Source of the DNA: Cystobasidiomycetes sp. EMM_F5
Taxonomy: Eukaryota
Length of the DNA stretch: 64,000 bases
Assembly (NCBI GenBank): GCA_051047955.1
Contig: JBPGPT010000023.1
Coordinates: 62,001-126,000, forward strand
Direction of reading: 5' to 3'
In this document: positions 39,162 to 51,183 of the stretch, piece after piece
Layout of the letters: every line of letters starts with the position of its first letter
How positions within the stretch are numbered: the stretch's first letter is position 1
Position numbers and translations under genes: made by a program
Notes under the pieces: model-generated
What the model was told of the DNA's origin: nothing
The model's input: only the letters and a program-made list of their open reading frames with translations
Databases searched by the model: none

Positions 39162-39674
39162 ATGGGCTTCTTCTGCTTCAGGCCTCTTCGGTTTGGCGTG
39201 AGAGGGTGAGGTATCGCGCAAGGCGTAGGCGATTGCCGCAGCTACCGCTACCCCATTGCAGATACATCCTTATTCGTAAGGTGTCAACCAAAATTTAGGC
39301 TTGCGGAACGGAAAACGGAACGGGCGAACGGAACGGCGCAGTGGACGGACCCGGGCAGCGATAGCGCTGAGATTCGATGCGATAAGATGGTACTTCAGCA
39401 GCTACTCATTTGTACGCTCTGTAAAGCTATTGATTATAATGCATCTGCCGGACATACGACAGATTCCGTAAAATCCAACTTGAAGAGCTCCGTTCCGTGT
39501 CCGACAATGGCAAGCGCGAGTGGGTTCACGATCGTCTCGAGTCAGCCCCGTAGCGTTTGCATCCACGCCTGTTGCCTCTGCTCCAGACCGGTCAATATCC
39601 AGTCGACCGTTTTCGCTGCAACTTGGCCATTCAAGCATTTTCCACATTGAACTTCGCCCACCCAGCCTATCACC

Positions 39675-40015
39675 ATGCCTCTGCTCAAATTGATCGTAGG
39701 CGCTACCATCGCAACTACAGGTGCAAGTGTCCTCCTGCTTCCTCTCGCGCTCGGTACTGTCGGTGTTGGCGTAGCCATTGCTTATAGCCCTGTCGGTACG
39801 TCAAATGGTAACAAACAACCATATTTGCGTTGTCTGACAATCTTACCCTGCCGCCAGCCTGGGTCGGACCTGCCGTACAGGGCGCGGTCTATGCAGGAGC
39901 TACGACTGGCGTGTACTCTGCTGCTCAATCTGTAGCCATGGCAGGCATCGCCAAAGGAACCGCAGCTTTGGCCACTACGGCCGTTGCTGTTGGTGCGGCT
40001 ATCATTGCAGCTTGA
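39675..40015 (+). CDS. Small hydrophobic IFI6/IFI27-like protein, copy 2
   Basis: YSPVAWVGPAVQG...GVYSAAQSVAMAG; intron 39796-39857 at the same position as in copy 1. Confidence 0.7.
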
Positions 40016-40333
40016 AGTAAGTAGTGGGTGTGCCTTGCGCGATCTACCGCACCCTGACAAAAGATCTATTCGTCAGACCGTCAAAGAGCCTGAGTAATCG
40101 TTCTGTCAAATCAACGTTGGTTGCGTCTTCGGGTTAATAGTCTCGTGACATCTCTGGGGAGCCTGGTCGAGAAGACTGAAGGAAGAGGAGTACTTAGGAA
40201 GAGATTGTCAGCTAGCGAGTCTCACAAGCTACGTTTGCCAGTAAATCACATCTTGCTTCAACTTGCAATGCTCGTACGATGCGTGACGGTTCATCGCGCG
40301 ACAACTATTAGTACATTGCACGGCACGGACGGT

Positions 40334-41620
40334 CTAGTCAATCTTGAACTTTGCCCCGCTGTTCCACCCAAATTGCTTGTATTCCGCAAACAGGATCCAG
40401 CCTGCTATACTGAGCACCAGCACGGCCAGATCATCCAAGAACTGTCCCAGTAATGCGTAGTACTTGACTCCTGTCTGTGCGTACATTGCAAATTTCGGGG
40501 GGAGATATGGCATGATCGTGCTCAGCAAGGACGGCATCGGGGCCTGCGTCTGCGGAAGACAGTGTCGAAACAGCATCAGTGCACGGAGAAGCTCGAGAGA
40601 ACACTCCTGATCTTACTTTGAGTATCAAGATCGCTGCGCTCTGTAGCATCAGCTCAACCGTCAGGAACATATAAAGGAATTGCTAAGGAAGCAAACGGAA
40701 ATGGAAAGCTCAGATATTAACGCCGCGTGTCTAAGCATGTACTTACCAAGCTTGCGACGCCGCGTCCAGTAGCTTCCCAGGAGGCTTCTATTCCTTTGGC
40801 GAGAATGGTCGAATCGCTTCCAGCTTGCTTTCCCCGTCCTAGCGCAGCCCACCCGTTCCAATCGATGTTTCCGATATCTCTCCACCCTCCTGCGTTTCCA
40901 GATGTGAATACAGAAAGGCGCGTATTGGAATAGCCGTTTCGAAGCTTCGGTTCTAAGACAAACACCGCATAGAACGCCAGCGAGACCATGGAGATGAGAT
41001 GGACGAGGGGTAGCAGACGATCAATCCATGTTTTCGTACGTGGGGCTGTCAATTGCACTGGAGTTGCACCAGGCGCTCCTCCCATCATTGCTGCAATGTT
41101 CTCGAAACCTGGTGGTAGATTACCTCCGCCGCCTTCACTGGGTTGGGCCCCGCCAAAAAGCATAGACATCATGTCTGGCATACCTCCTGGACCATTAGAA
41201 GGATACCCAGACATGTCTGGAAATGCGCTAAGAGCGGCCGAGCCTTGCTGTGAGATGTCTATATCTGGCGGGTCATCTAGCGGATCAAACGAAGGCGCAG
41301 CCAAGTCTGGCAGAGTAGTATTTTTCTTAGATGTAGTCGAAGATGACGCATCTTGTGGTGGTCTAGATTGGGAGGAACCGCCGACTGCCGAAGATGATGC
41401 TGGTTTTGGTAAAGCTGTATAGTAAAGTGTTAGCAGACGAAGATATTAATCCGCACCACATATCCTCACGCTGTCCACCTGTCCCAAAACGTTCAGAGGC
41501 ATCATCGCCTTTCGCTGCTCCCGTAATCTTTGCCAGCCTGTCGGCACCGCGACTTGCTATCTTTGCCTGTCGCGCTTCCGCACGCTTCCGTCGCTCTGCA
41601 GCGGCTGCATCTTCTGCCAT
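40334..41620 (-). CDS. GET complex subunit Get2/CAML-like
   Basis: N-terminal RRKRAEARQAKIASRGADRLAKITG and C-terminal TM helices including FLDDLAVLVLSIAG. Confidence 0.8.
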
Positions 41621-41747
41621 ATCAATTTTGAAAGTATCCTGATGTCGCGTGCAGTTTGGTCAGATAATCTTGGAAGTAGACCAAGCTGTGGACGTGTTCG
41701 TCTGTTGGACTTGCATTTTGCCAGCTTTCAACAGGAAATTACCCACA

Positions 41748-42786
41748 ATGAACACATTTATAAGCCGCGACAAGGGCAAGCAACCAGCTTTTCAAGGGTC
41801 GACGCTGATTCTAGTGCGCGCAAACGGGATATTTCGCTAGCATTTCAAGAAACTGACGTATGCATGTCCTGCTGGTGATAGCCAATCGTCTCGCTGGCCA
41901 ACGTGGCCCAGCTCGCAGCTGACCTTCTCATCCACACTCTTCAACTCGAACGTATAGGAGCACTATCCGGCCGTAATCATGTCCCGTTGGTTGCGCCGCA
42001 GGATTACGTGCATAAGCAAATCAATGGGCCTTTAGTGAATGCCTTCTCGACGGCCGTAGAAGGTGAGAATGCAGCCATTTATGGGCTGATGTACTGGCCT
42101 GATTCACCCCTCAACAGTCTTTCAATCCAGAGATGGCAAAATCACACTTATACAGCAACGCTCACCCGTTATAAAGGTAAGCTTACAGAGCGTCCGACTG
42201 ATATAGCTTCGCTAATGTAGACGTGTGTAAGTCGAGAAAAGATGCTTTCGTAGCGTCGTTGATTGCGTTCGTGCAACAAGCGCACTTCAGCGGTATCCTC
42301 GTAATGGCGGGTACAGACCCTAGTATACATCGCGACTTCGACAAGTACGCGAATCGGTGCACATGTGGTAATCGTGCTTACATGAACATATTCTACAGCC
42401 CCTCACCCTTCAGATATATCACCTTGAAGGACCATAAACTCGCAACCGGGCTAAAGGCAGTCGCGTCTCGATTCGTAGCACAACCTACGACATCCGCCAA
42501 CATGCCCCTGATCTCGGCTGGCGGCATCACGCGCAGATTATTGTCGGGCTTGGCAGCTAGTATGCAAAACACGCCCGAGATTGAGGTCGCGTGCCTACTC
42601 ATGTTTGTCGTCGAAGGAGACAATCGGCAAGACGCTCATGTCTTAGCTCGCACGGTCTCAAAGACACTTGATGTCAATGTCTCCGAAGACAGTTGGCGTG
42701 AGCCAGTCAGTTGGAAGACTGGCCTGTATGGCACTCAAGTGGAAACCAGCGGTAGTGACAGAGGCGTCCGAGATTTGTACAGTTGA
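41748..42786 (+). CDS. Proteasome assembly chaperone 2 (PAC2/PSMG2-like)
   Basis: STLILPIVSLANVAQLAADLLI, QQRSPV, EGDNRQDA and WREPVSW. Confidence 0.88.
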
Positions 42787-42888
42787 TGCTACAATTTGGT
42801 GATCGGTATGAGGGCATATTTGATAAATGTGCGCCTTGCGTACTCTACATGGGTTTATCTGCATTGTGTTACTTCATACTTCATGCCT

Positions 42889-43935
42889 TCAACTTGGCTT
42901 TGGCGAGACCTTTGCTGCAAGCGCCGGTGAAATCCAGAAGGCTAGTAATGGCATCATCAGTTCTGATGTGCGTGCGATTGGTTTCCAAACTTACTTGGGT
43001 ACCGACGATGCCCAATGTTGTTGATAAGCATCGCCCACGCGAGCATGATTACGCTCGAAGCCGCGATGTCACCCACGTAAAACCATGACAAGTTCGCAAT
43101 CTGCGGAATAGTGATTGCTAGTACGGCTGTAGCTCCACCTGGCGGATGTCTGTTGGAACGCATTCAGCACAAGCCAAAAGAAATTATGCAGAGGAGACTG
43201 TGAACAAACGTGATGTTGAACAATTGCATGACGGCGATAGATATGCTAATAGCTAATGCTGCCGCCTGCCAGAATGGATGTATTGTTAGAACACATCCAC
43301 GCTTTTGTGAACGTATGAACCCACTGCCCAATTGGCCGTCCCGACTGTCCCAACGACAAATCCGTCTATTCTTAGAAAGCCCTTCGTGAGAGCGACGCCG
43401 ATGACAGCGCTAATCGTGTTTCCTAGCACAACGTTTCGAGGTTGAGTGAGAGGAGATGTTGGGGCAGCATAGAGCAGTGTTGCTTCAGCTCCGAATCTGC
43501 GTGGGAATCTTCATTAGCGAAGGTCTACGTGACATCGCCTGATGCCTTTTACTCACGCTCCAATGAGTACTGGAGCACTCCGGCGAAGAAAGGGTGCACT
43601 TCTTGCCATTGTCGCACATAGGGCGACTCCGAAGAAACTTCCAATAAAGGTCAAGAACAAATTGGATGCCTTCTGCGTCCACGGATGTTCGCGGAAGCGT
43701 GCCAGTCGACGTGATGGCCCAGCGTACTTGGGATCGTCGTGCATACTTTGAGGCAGCATTCTCCCTCTTGAGCTAGCATCGTCTTCCTTTTCTCCCTTCT
43801 GTACGCGTGCGGGTCGATATCTGCGTATACAAAGAATGAGTATACATTGGCGAAGGGTGCGAACACTACATTGTACCCAAGGAAGCGCGACGCCGGCCAT
43901 AGAGCCTCGCCAATCGATGGCGGTATATCTCCCAT
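42889..43935 (-). CDS. HPP-family membrane protein
   Basis: SRFLGYR, SPLTQPRNVVLG, HPPGGATA and NNIGHRRYP. Confidence 0.9.
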
Positions 43936-44338
43936 TGTGCATGTACAGCGTAGGCACAGCTACAGCAGCAGATTGCAATTACTGAGCATTGGTCAGTATG
44001 GAAAGTGTCGACGTCGTGATTTCATCAATGCGCATGTCTTCCAATCTTCGATGACGAACCCAGAACTGATTACCGCGACGACGATCAATTACCAGCATTT
44101 TGGCAGCATCAATGAAACAGGCAATACAAGCTATACGTTTCGCACCAACAACAGCGGTAACTGAGGGTGCTTATACTACATCCCGTCCGATTTGTTCTGT
44201 ATTTACTCCCTGTTCCCGATATTACCTCCCGAGGTCTCCGTCCAGCCAGCGGACATCTAAACCACAAGGGTGCTACGACTTTGGTCCTCGGATGGAAATG
44301 TCTTACGTCTTACTTTGTATGCGAACCTTCGCAGCTTG

Positions 44339-44763
44339 CTAGCGACCTCCGCCTGTCAAGACCGGGTCAGCAAAGCGATTATGCGCCTTTCCACCAACAG
44401 GTGATCCTGTCATGCTCACCCTTGATCCACTGAGGCTTTGGCTTTCCTCTTCCTTTGAGATCTTCTCCTCTAGCTTCGACACTCTCGCTCATGTCCCGCT
44501 TGCCCCCACCTGAACAATCACTGCAGTCAGTCGCACGGCACTACACCTGCACGCAGATCAGCTTGCACCGGCACCTTTAATCCATTGTGGCTTCGGCCTT
44601 GCCCTTTCTTCCATGGCATGATTGTCGTTGACTACGCAGCAGATTTGACTCAGCTACCGGACCAGCTAGATGTATACCCTCGACCGCACTGACTTGGTGC
44701 GGGTAGCGGGGTAGCAACGGCCACGGCCACGACGGAAAGCAACAGCAAGGACGCTAGCTTCAT
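44339..44763 (-). CDS. Secreted repeat-peptide precursor (KEP-like), 76 aa, 4 exons
   Basis: Exons 44763-44694, 44631-44575, 44509-44420 and 44352-44339 total 231 nt with three GT-AG introns. Translation: MKLASLLLLSVVAVAVATPLPAPINDNHAMEERARPKPQWIKGGGKRDMSESVEARGEDLKGRGKPKPQWIKGGGR*. Confidence 0.85.
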
Positions 44764-45633
44764 CTTTGCCGAACCTTGCGCTGATAAAAGTATTTCAGTT
44801 CACTGTAGTTAAGGGTGTCGAGACCAGCCTAATCGTAAAGACGAAAGTCAAAGAAGGTTGCCGTACAATGCTTTTTAAACGAGCACATCCTTCGCAAAAG
44901 CAACCGATAACCGACCTACATTGGCAGTAATCATCGGTCTGTTCCACATTTCACCTTCAGCATGCCGTTTCTGGAAGCCACCGCGATCCCATTCCGCCTT
45001 GTCCGCTACCAGGGATCCAAGTTCCGCCCATCACAATAGCATCAGCGCATCCTGACTGAAGTGCCAGAGCTTCCCTGTGAGTAAGACCCTGGTAGTTGCC
45101 TTAATGCAATCAATCTGTCATCTTGTGCCTGAGACGCGCTTGCCTGTTCCGGCAAATGGTAAACAAGCCGCGTAAAGAAACACGAGAATATGTCTGTTGG
45201 TTGTCAGGAGCACAGAACGTGTTTTCAGCCGTTGTTGATGGGACGAACGCCGATGGCTAGCTGGAATGCGCAGCCAGGGCAACCCGTGCATCAGCATATC
45301 AACATGCTTTGCACGGAACTAAGCATCGGAGCCGTATGAAGCGTCAATCTGTAGATGTCCGCTGAACCCGGCAGGTGATAATACTTGAAATTCCAACTGT
45401 TCAGCTTGCGGAGAACAGCAATATTGCAGCAGCCAGGACGAAATACTAAATACTGCATGATACAGAGCTTCTTGTACGGACATGCGTTGAGACGGCGTGT
45501 ATAACATCTTCATGAAACACCGCTGCTCGATGTTCTCGAGCCTTATAGCAGTTTGTCGTAGTATTTGCTTGAAAAGGTAACATTTCGATGGGCATTGCTA
45601 TCTGTACTTTCAGTAATGATAGAGACTGTCGGA

Positions 45634-46780
45634 TCAGTCTTGCTTGACTTGTGCTCCTGGTGTATTGCGAGCCACCCAGTCTCGCAGAGATGTCAATCCT
45701 GGATGAATCTGCTTCAACTGCGAGGTATTCAATCTCGGTAAGCGCTCCGAGCGGTACACTCCGTCACGAGAAAGGCGTGTAGTGTATCAGTCGGAGGAAC
45801 GAACTCTAGAGCATGACTTCAACGTGCACTCACGCATCATGGCTGGTTTCCAGCCTCCTGGTAGTATGTAAACGATGAATGAAGGAATCCATGCTATCCA
45901 GGGCCGTGACCCTTGCACGGCTTCGATTGCATCTTGCACTTGTGCCACTGTGAAGTGGCCAGACCCTACAGAGATGGTCTGATTTTGAAACTCGGCGTCG
46001 TCTGGATGCAACAAGCTCTTTGCGGCAATGACACCAATGTCGGTTGTCGATGTCAGCGGCAACGTCTTCCAATCGACCATAGCGAAGAAGGATCCAAGTG
46101 CAAGGGATCGCACAATCCCTGGTGCAACTGGGAAATTCTCCTGCCGTGGGCATGTGTCAATATGATCGGCAGCTGTAAGACGGATGGCCCACCATGAAAG
46201 CTCCAGGTCGTAGGATAGTATAGGACAGTCCACTGGCTTTCACGTAGTCTTCAATCTGTAAGAGTGTAGGTAGACAGCGAGTTGAGTGTGTAAGAGTGTA
46301 GGTAGACAGTGAGTTGAGTGTCAGTCTGTATACCTACTAGGACGCAGTCCATCTGCTACTGACTGCCAATTTGGATCGCCAGAACGGCACCTCCTGGGTA
46401 TGATCTGCGGCAAAGACACTGGAGAATACGACATGCTTGACATTGTTTCGCTTTGCTGCGTCAACAAATCGCTTTCCCGCCGCGACCTCTGCCTGTTCGC
46501 CGGTATTTGGGTCGGTCATGAAGAATGCTGCATCGCACTCGTACATTGCATGGTCGAGCTCCTCTCTGCTGCGTTGAGAATCGCTGGATAGGTCTGCCCG
46601 GTACGCATTGCAGCTCTTTCGCAGCAGTTTGATGCTCGACGATGACGACGGGTTGCGAGTGATGAAGCGTATCACTTTTGGCGTGTCCTTGTCCCTCAAC
46701 AGGGCCTGCACGACGGCTCCTCCTTGTTTCCCTGTCGCGCCTGCGACGAGGATGACTTGTTCAGGATATCTTCTGGGCAT
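45634..46780 (-). CDS. NmrA-like NAD(P)-binding protein
   Basis: ILVAGATGKQGGAVV, VKHVVFSSV and VPFWRSK; multi-exon. Confidence 0.9.
46257..46320. repeat. 32-bp tandem duplication inside an NmrA intron
   Basis: tgtaagagtgtaggtagacag(c/t)gagttgagtg twice, one mismatch. Confidence 0.95.
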
Positions 46781-47073
46781 AACTCTATAGACGAGGTTGT
46801 GGTAATTCCAACCGGGCTATCAATCCGATGTGCCAGTAAGTTGCTCTGACGGTCAGACTGTATGGGGATCGGAACGAGTTTAATACTTGTGATTTATACT
46901 GCAATGCATCCGTTACCCAAGCACCCTTTGAAGTGTTCCTGCAATTGCAAAGTCTCTTTACATTCTCGTTACCCACGTGACTTCTCGATCACCGTGGGAC
47001 CCCGTCATCGTTCCAAAGATGTCTTCAAATTGAAGCTGTCCACCTTTCTGCGTATTGCGCAGACAGCTCAAAG

Positions 47074-47952
47074 ATGTCGGACCTCCTGCACAACACCCTG
47101 AACAGGAATGCTCACTATGCAGCGATGACGGGGCAGCCACTACCGCCTCGCCATACGTCGCCGACAATGGGTTCCAACGCATCAGACGCGAGCGACGACG
47201 AGAACGCTCTCACTCCCGTCCACACTCGTCCCGGCACACCGACTGGAACTCCGAGGAGGAGAGGGTCGCGGACGCCGGCTGAGTCGAGGTCAACTTCACC
47301 TAGCAGGCTGGCAAAGAAGCGGATGGCAGAGGAAGCTGAGCGGAGGAGGAGTAGGGATCCACTCGTCCGGTTCGATAACACCATCTCAGCGAGGATATTC
47401 AGAGAACTCGACGTCCTAGATCTAGCGAGGGCGCAGAGGGTGTGTAAAAAGTGGTCACGTTCGGCGACGATTAGTGAGCATCTACACCGTCTAACTCCTG
47501 CATCATCCTCATACTGACGATTGATGCACTCTGCAGACTGGGCATTCTTCATCCGCTTCCATGAACGACGGAGCGAGAGTGCACTCTCCACAGAACCGGT
47601 GTGGACACGTCGAGATGCAAAGGAAAATTGGGCAGCACGGTACAAGTCTGCATTCACCATGAATGGCTTGCAGTACCAAACTGCCTTTGAGATGGAGTAT
47701 GAAAAGGCGCGGTCAGACGGCTACCTCACCCCGAAAGAACAGCGAGAGGAGAAGTGGGCAGCAGAGAATGCGGCGTCGGCGAGCAGTCAGTCTGGAGAGT
47801 CTGGCAACCTGCATACAGTCTTTGGCGGAGACAAGTTGGCCGCCCGCGAGTTCTACAAGAGCCTTGGCGGTAGGAGTAAAGTAAAGTCAAAAACGCATGC
47901 GTCTGGCCCGAGAGATCGTACGGGCTTCTCTGAAGAGTATGATGAGTACTGA
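47074..47952 (+). CDS. F-box protein
   Basis: DPLVRFDNTISARIFRELDVLDLARAQRVCKKW; one intron. Confidence 0.8.
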
Positions 47953-48291
47953 TGGACGTTTGTGCGTAAAAGCACGTCTTACCGCGCTTGTCAGAGCTGA
48001 TGACCATTCGCATCCTTCTCCACATTCTCCACATTTTCTCAGCTGTTGTATCTCAATCGACATATTCTCCCTACCATGTAGCCATATAGACACGCCTCTT
48101 GATGACTAGCTTGCATGCATTACCTTGCAGCTGCTTGGCCATGTCCTATTACTCGCTCGAATACGACCTGATGACTAAGCCGTTCGTTTTGCGCATGAAA
48201 GTGTCTTTTTTGGCTTGCAGACTGTGCGCAATTCGAATGATAATGCGCAAACGATGACTGCGCTGGCTGCATCCTGCACTTTTGTAACAAA

Positions 48292-49731
48292 ATGGTGCTG
48301 ACATATCTCGCATCCTACGTCTATGGGAGCGGTGCAGCAAGCCAGCCGTCAACATCGCAGTTGCAGCCAGCAGCCAGCACTGCGAGGGTCCGCACAAGTC
48401 GACGGCGGACGAGCAGCAGCAATGGGAGTGTTAACGGCAGCTCAAGTGTGGCTAGAGGGACTGGTCTGTCTAGCAGCAGAGGCAGAGAACGGCAGTCGAC
48501 CCGAGAGTGCGACTGCGAATGCCAGTCCAATAATCTACCGCCGTGTACGTGCGACACCGCACTAGACTACGACGACGACGCTGCAAAGGATCCGTCCTAC
48601 GCAATCATAGATTACATCAACCACACGAGATCCCTCTACGATGTCTTGGGCGTGTCGACCAGATTCAAAAACATCGAAGAACTGAGGAGAGCATACATGG
48701 CGAGGTGTAGGGTTTGCCATCCAGAGTAGGTTGAGACACACCGTCTTCATGACCGTTCAGACTACCTTGCTGATCATTTGGACGATATCTGATCCGGCTC
48801 ATACACGTCTCCAGCAAATTCCCAAGCTATGCAGAACACGCTACTTCTGCCTTCCAACGCGTTTCATTAGCATACGAGACACTCAGCAAACCCAGCAGTC
48901 GAAGAGCGTACGATATATCGGGAGCAAGAGACGGATTCAGCGGTCCAAGCAGCGATCCAATGGGTGCAGGTACGCTGTTCGACAAGCTCCTCGCCGCGTT
49001 GTGTACCCTAATTTGCACGTCATGCAGAATATGGTGACGAGACGCTGCGTAACGTCTTGTATACCATGTATTGCGAATTTCTGGAAAATGGCCAATTGGA
49101 AATGGTACGCGTCCTGGTCGAAGCGCTCAATGCGACCAACCCAGGACTGAACCTGGGAGAGGATGCCATAGTAGGCATTGAGACTGCGCTGCGACGCTTG
49201 AGAGGCTTTCTGTTATGTAAGGACCGCAGCTTGTCACTTTTGATTTGCCTACTTTGTACTGACGTGCTATCCCGCCGTAGCTTCTGCGAAGCATTTTCGC
49301 GTCGTCAAATTTGAGCTCATCAAGCTCTACGAAATCCAGCACGACTTGCGTCAGCTATCGTATTTCGATGTGTTTGGTCGTCTGCGGTTATCGCTGCAAT
49401 TAGCCAGAGTGACGCTCAGCATACCCATGGCCATTGACAAGGCGATGCTCGAGGATGAAGCGTACAACAGTGGTAGCGATCCAGAGTCTTCGTCTTCTGG
49501 AGCGTCGTCGCCAGGATCGGCGGGATTTGTGGAGAATAGCGATCCGCTGACATCGACTGACCGTCAAATTACGAGGAAGAGCCTGCTTGGACCGCGTATT
49601 ACAAGTGTTCTCAATTTAGTGAGTGCCCCTTGTGCGCTTTACGCGCGAAGCGGGACAAATCCTAACGTGCTGATGACGTGCGTGTCCCTCAGGCTGTAGC
49701 GGTACTGGAGAAGGGGGAGCGGATCATATGA
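48292..49731 (+). CDS. J-domain (DnaJ) protein
   Basis: LYDVLGV...LRRAY...HPDK split by an intron, then ATSAFQRVSLAYETLS. Confidence 0.85.
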
Positions 49732-50066
49732 GAGACGGATCCTGCATGTGTCGGTCTTCCCTCGTGGACCGGCTACACTAATGTAGCTCCGAACGCAATG
49801 TCTTGCAACGCTGTATGCATTTTTTTCTGTGTATCATCGTGTTGTCAGTAGTACCGTATCGCGCTCAAATCGCGTGAAGCGAGAGAATCCAACTGCTGGT
49901 GCATAGTTGACAGTAATGAGACGTTGCTCACACCACATTTGAATTTCATCAAGTCTTCTGCTTTGACCTCGTTGCCAGGCACCACGACTCGTAGAATTTC
50001 CACCAGCTTCAGGTCAGACTTTCGGATTCAACCAATCCAAAAACAACTCCTTCCGACTCAGTCAAC

Positions 50067-51183
50067 ATGGTCGCACTCGACGCACTCAATCACTACATTG
50101 CCGACAAGAGCTACGTCTCTGGGTGAGTTTGTCTGCCTTTGATTACCTCGGAAAACGACGACCCAAGTTCCCACGAAAAAAAGATGAATGTCTGCTCTGG
50201 TCCGTGTTTCCGACCATTGGCGCACGGGTTGGCTCCTTGAATGTGAGGCACGGCGTAAGACCCCGCTGCTCCTCGGTCCTTTTTCGAAAGGTCGAGGCCA
50301 CCCACTCGCGCACTGACGAAAATTTTCATTTTTCCAAGCTAGCTGATTACCCACTCATCGTTCATTATATGGAACATGCACTGCTTCAACGACGTTTGCT
50401 GACGTTTCTTCTGCGGTGCCTTCTTTGTTTTGGCCAAAACAGTTACACCCCTTCCCAGGCCGATGTGACCGTCTTCAAGTCGGTCGACAGCGCACCCAGC
50501 TCGCAGTACCCCCACGCTCTCCGGTGGTACAAGCACATTGCTTCGTACGAAGCCGAATTCGATACTCTGGCTGGCGAAAAGTCCAAGTCCGCCGACGACC
50601 TTATTCCAGCCGTCGCATCCACCTCTTCCGCCAAATCTGCCGACGCCGCCCCTGCTGCAGAGGACGACGACGATGAGGTCGACCTCTTCGGCTCTGACGA
50701 CGATGAGGTAGACGAGGCTGCAGAGAAACTCAAGCAAGAGCGCCTCGCTGCTTACGCTGCAAAGAAGGCAACAAAGCCAAAGACTATTGCCAAGGTGCGT
50801 TCAATTCCAGTTTATACAGAAGATATTCAAGCTGACTAAGCAAATGTTCACTTTGTTTCTCCGCAATCCTGTCTTTGTTTGTACACGTCTACTCTGCCCT
50901 TCGATTTTCGCTCGTTCAGTCTGTCGTCACCCTCGACGTCAAGCCATGGGACGACGAGACCGACATGGCCGAGCTCGAGAAGTCTGTTCGTTCCATCGAG
51001 AAGGATGGTCTCGTTTGGGGTCTGTCCAAGCTCGTAGCTATCGGCTACGGTGTCAAGAAGCTCCAGATCACTTTGGTCATCGAAGACGAGAAGATCTCGC
51101 TCGACGAGCTCCAGGAGCAGATTGCCGAGGAGTTTGAGGAGTACGTACAGAGCTCTGATGTCCAGGCAATGCAGAAGCTCTAG
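50067..51183 (+). CDS. EFB1: Translation elongation factor 1-beta
   Basis: [24 protein letters not shown] and [16 protein letters not shown]. Introns 50123-50441 and 50795-50919. Confidence 0.97.
50181..50346 (+). ncRNA. snR18: Intronic box C/D snoRNA, U18/snR18 orthologue
   Basis: Guide TGGTCCGTGTTT (50198-50209) is complementary to the conserved LSU rRNA segment AAACACGGACCA. It is followed by D' CCGA. Box C-like AAGATGA is at 50181, C' CTGACGA at 50313 and D CTGA at 50343. Yeast snR18 is hosted in the EFB1 intron. Confidence 0.85.

Noticed and set aside
42889..46780. RiPP biosynthetic cluster around the repeat-peptide gene
   Set aside because: No DUF3328/UstYa oxidase, tyrosinase or peptidase is visible nearby; the HPP and NmrA neighbours have no evident link.
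28489..46780. NAD-themed cluster (sirtuin, NAD kinase, NmrA)
   Set aside because: Separated by many unrelated housekeeping genes; probably coincidence.
50123..50441. Apparent long N-terminal extension of EF1-beta in the ORF track
   Set aside because: It is read-through of the snoRNA-containing intron.
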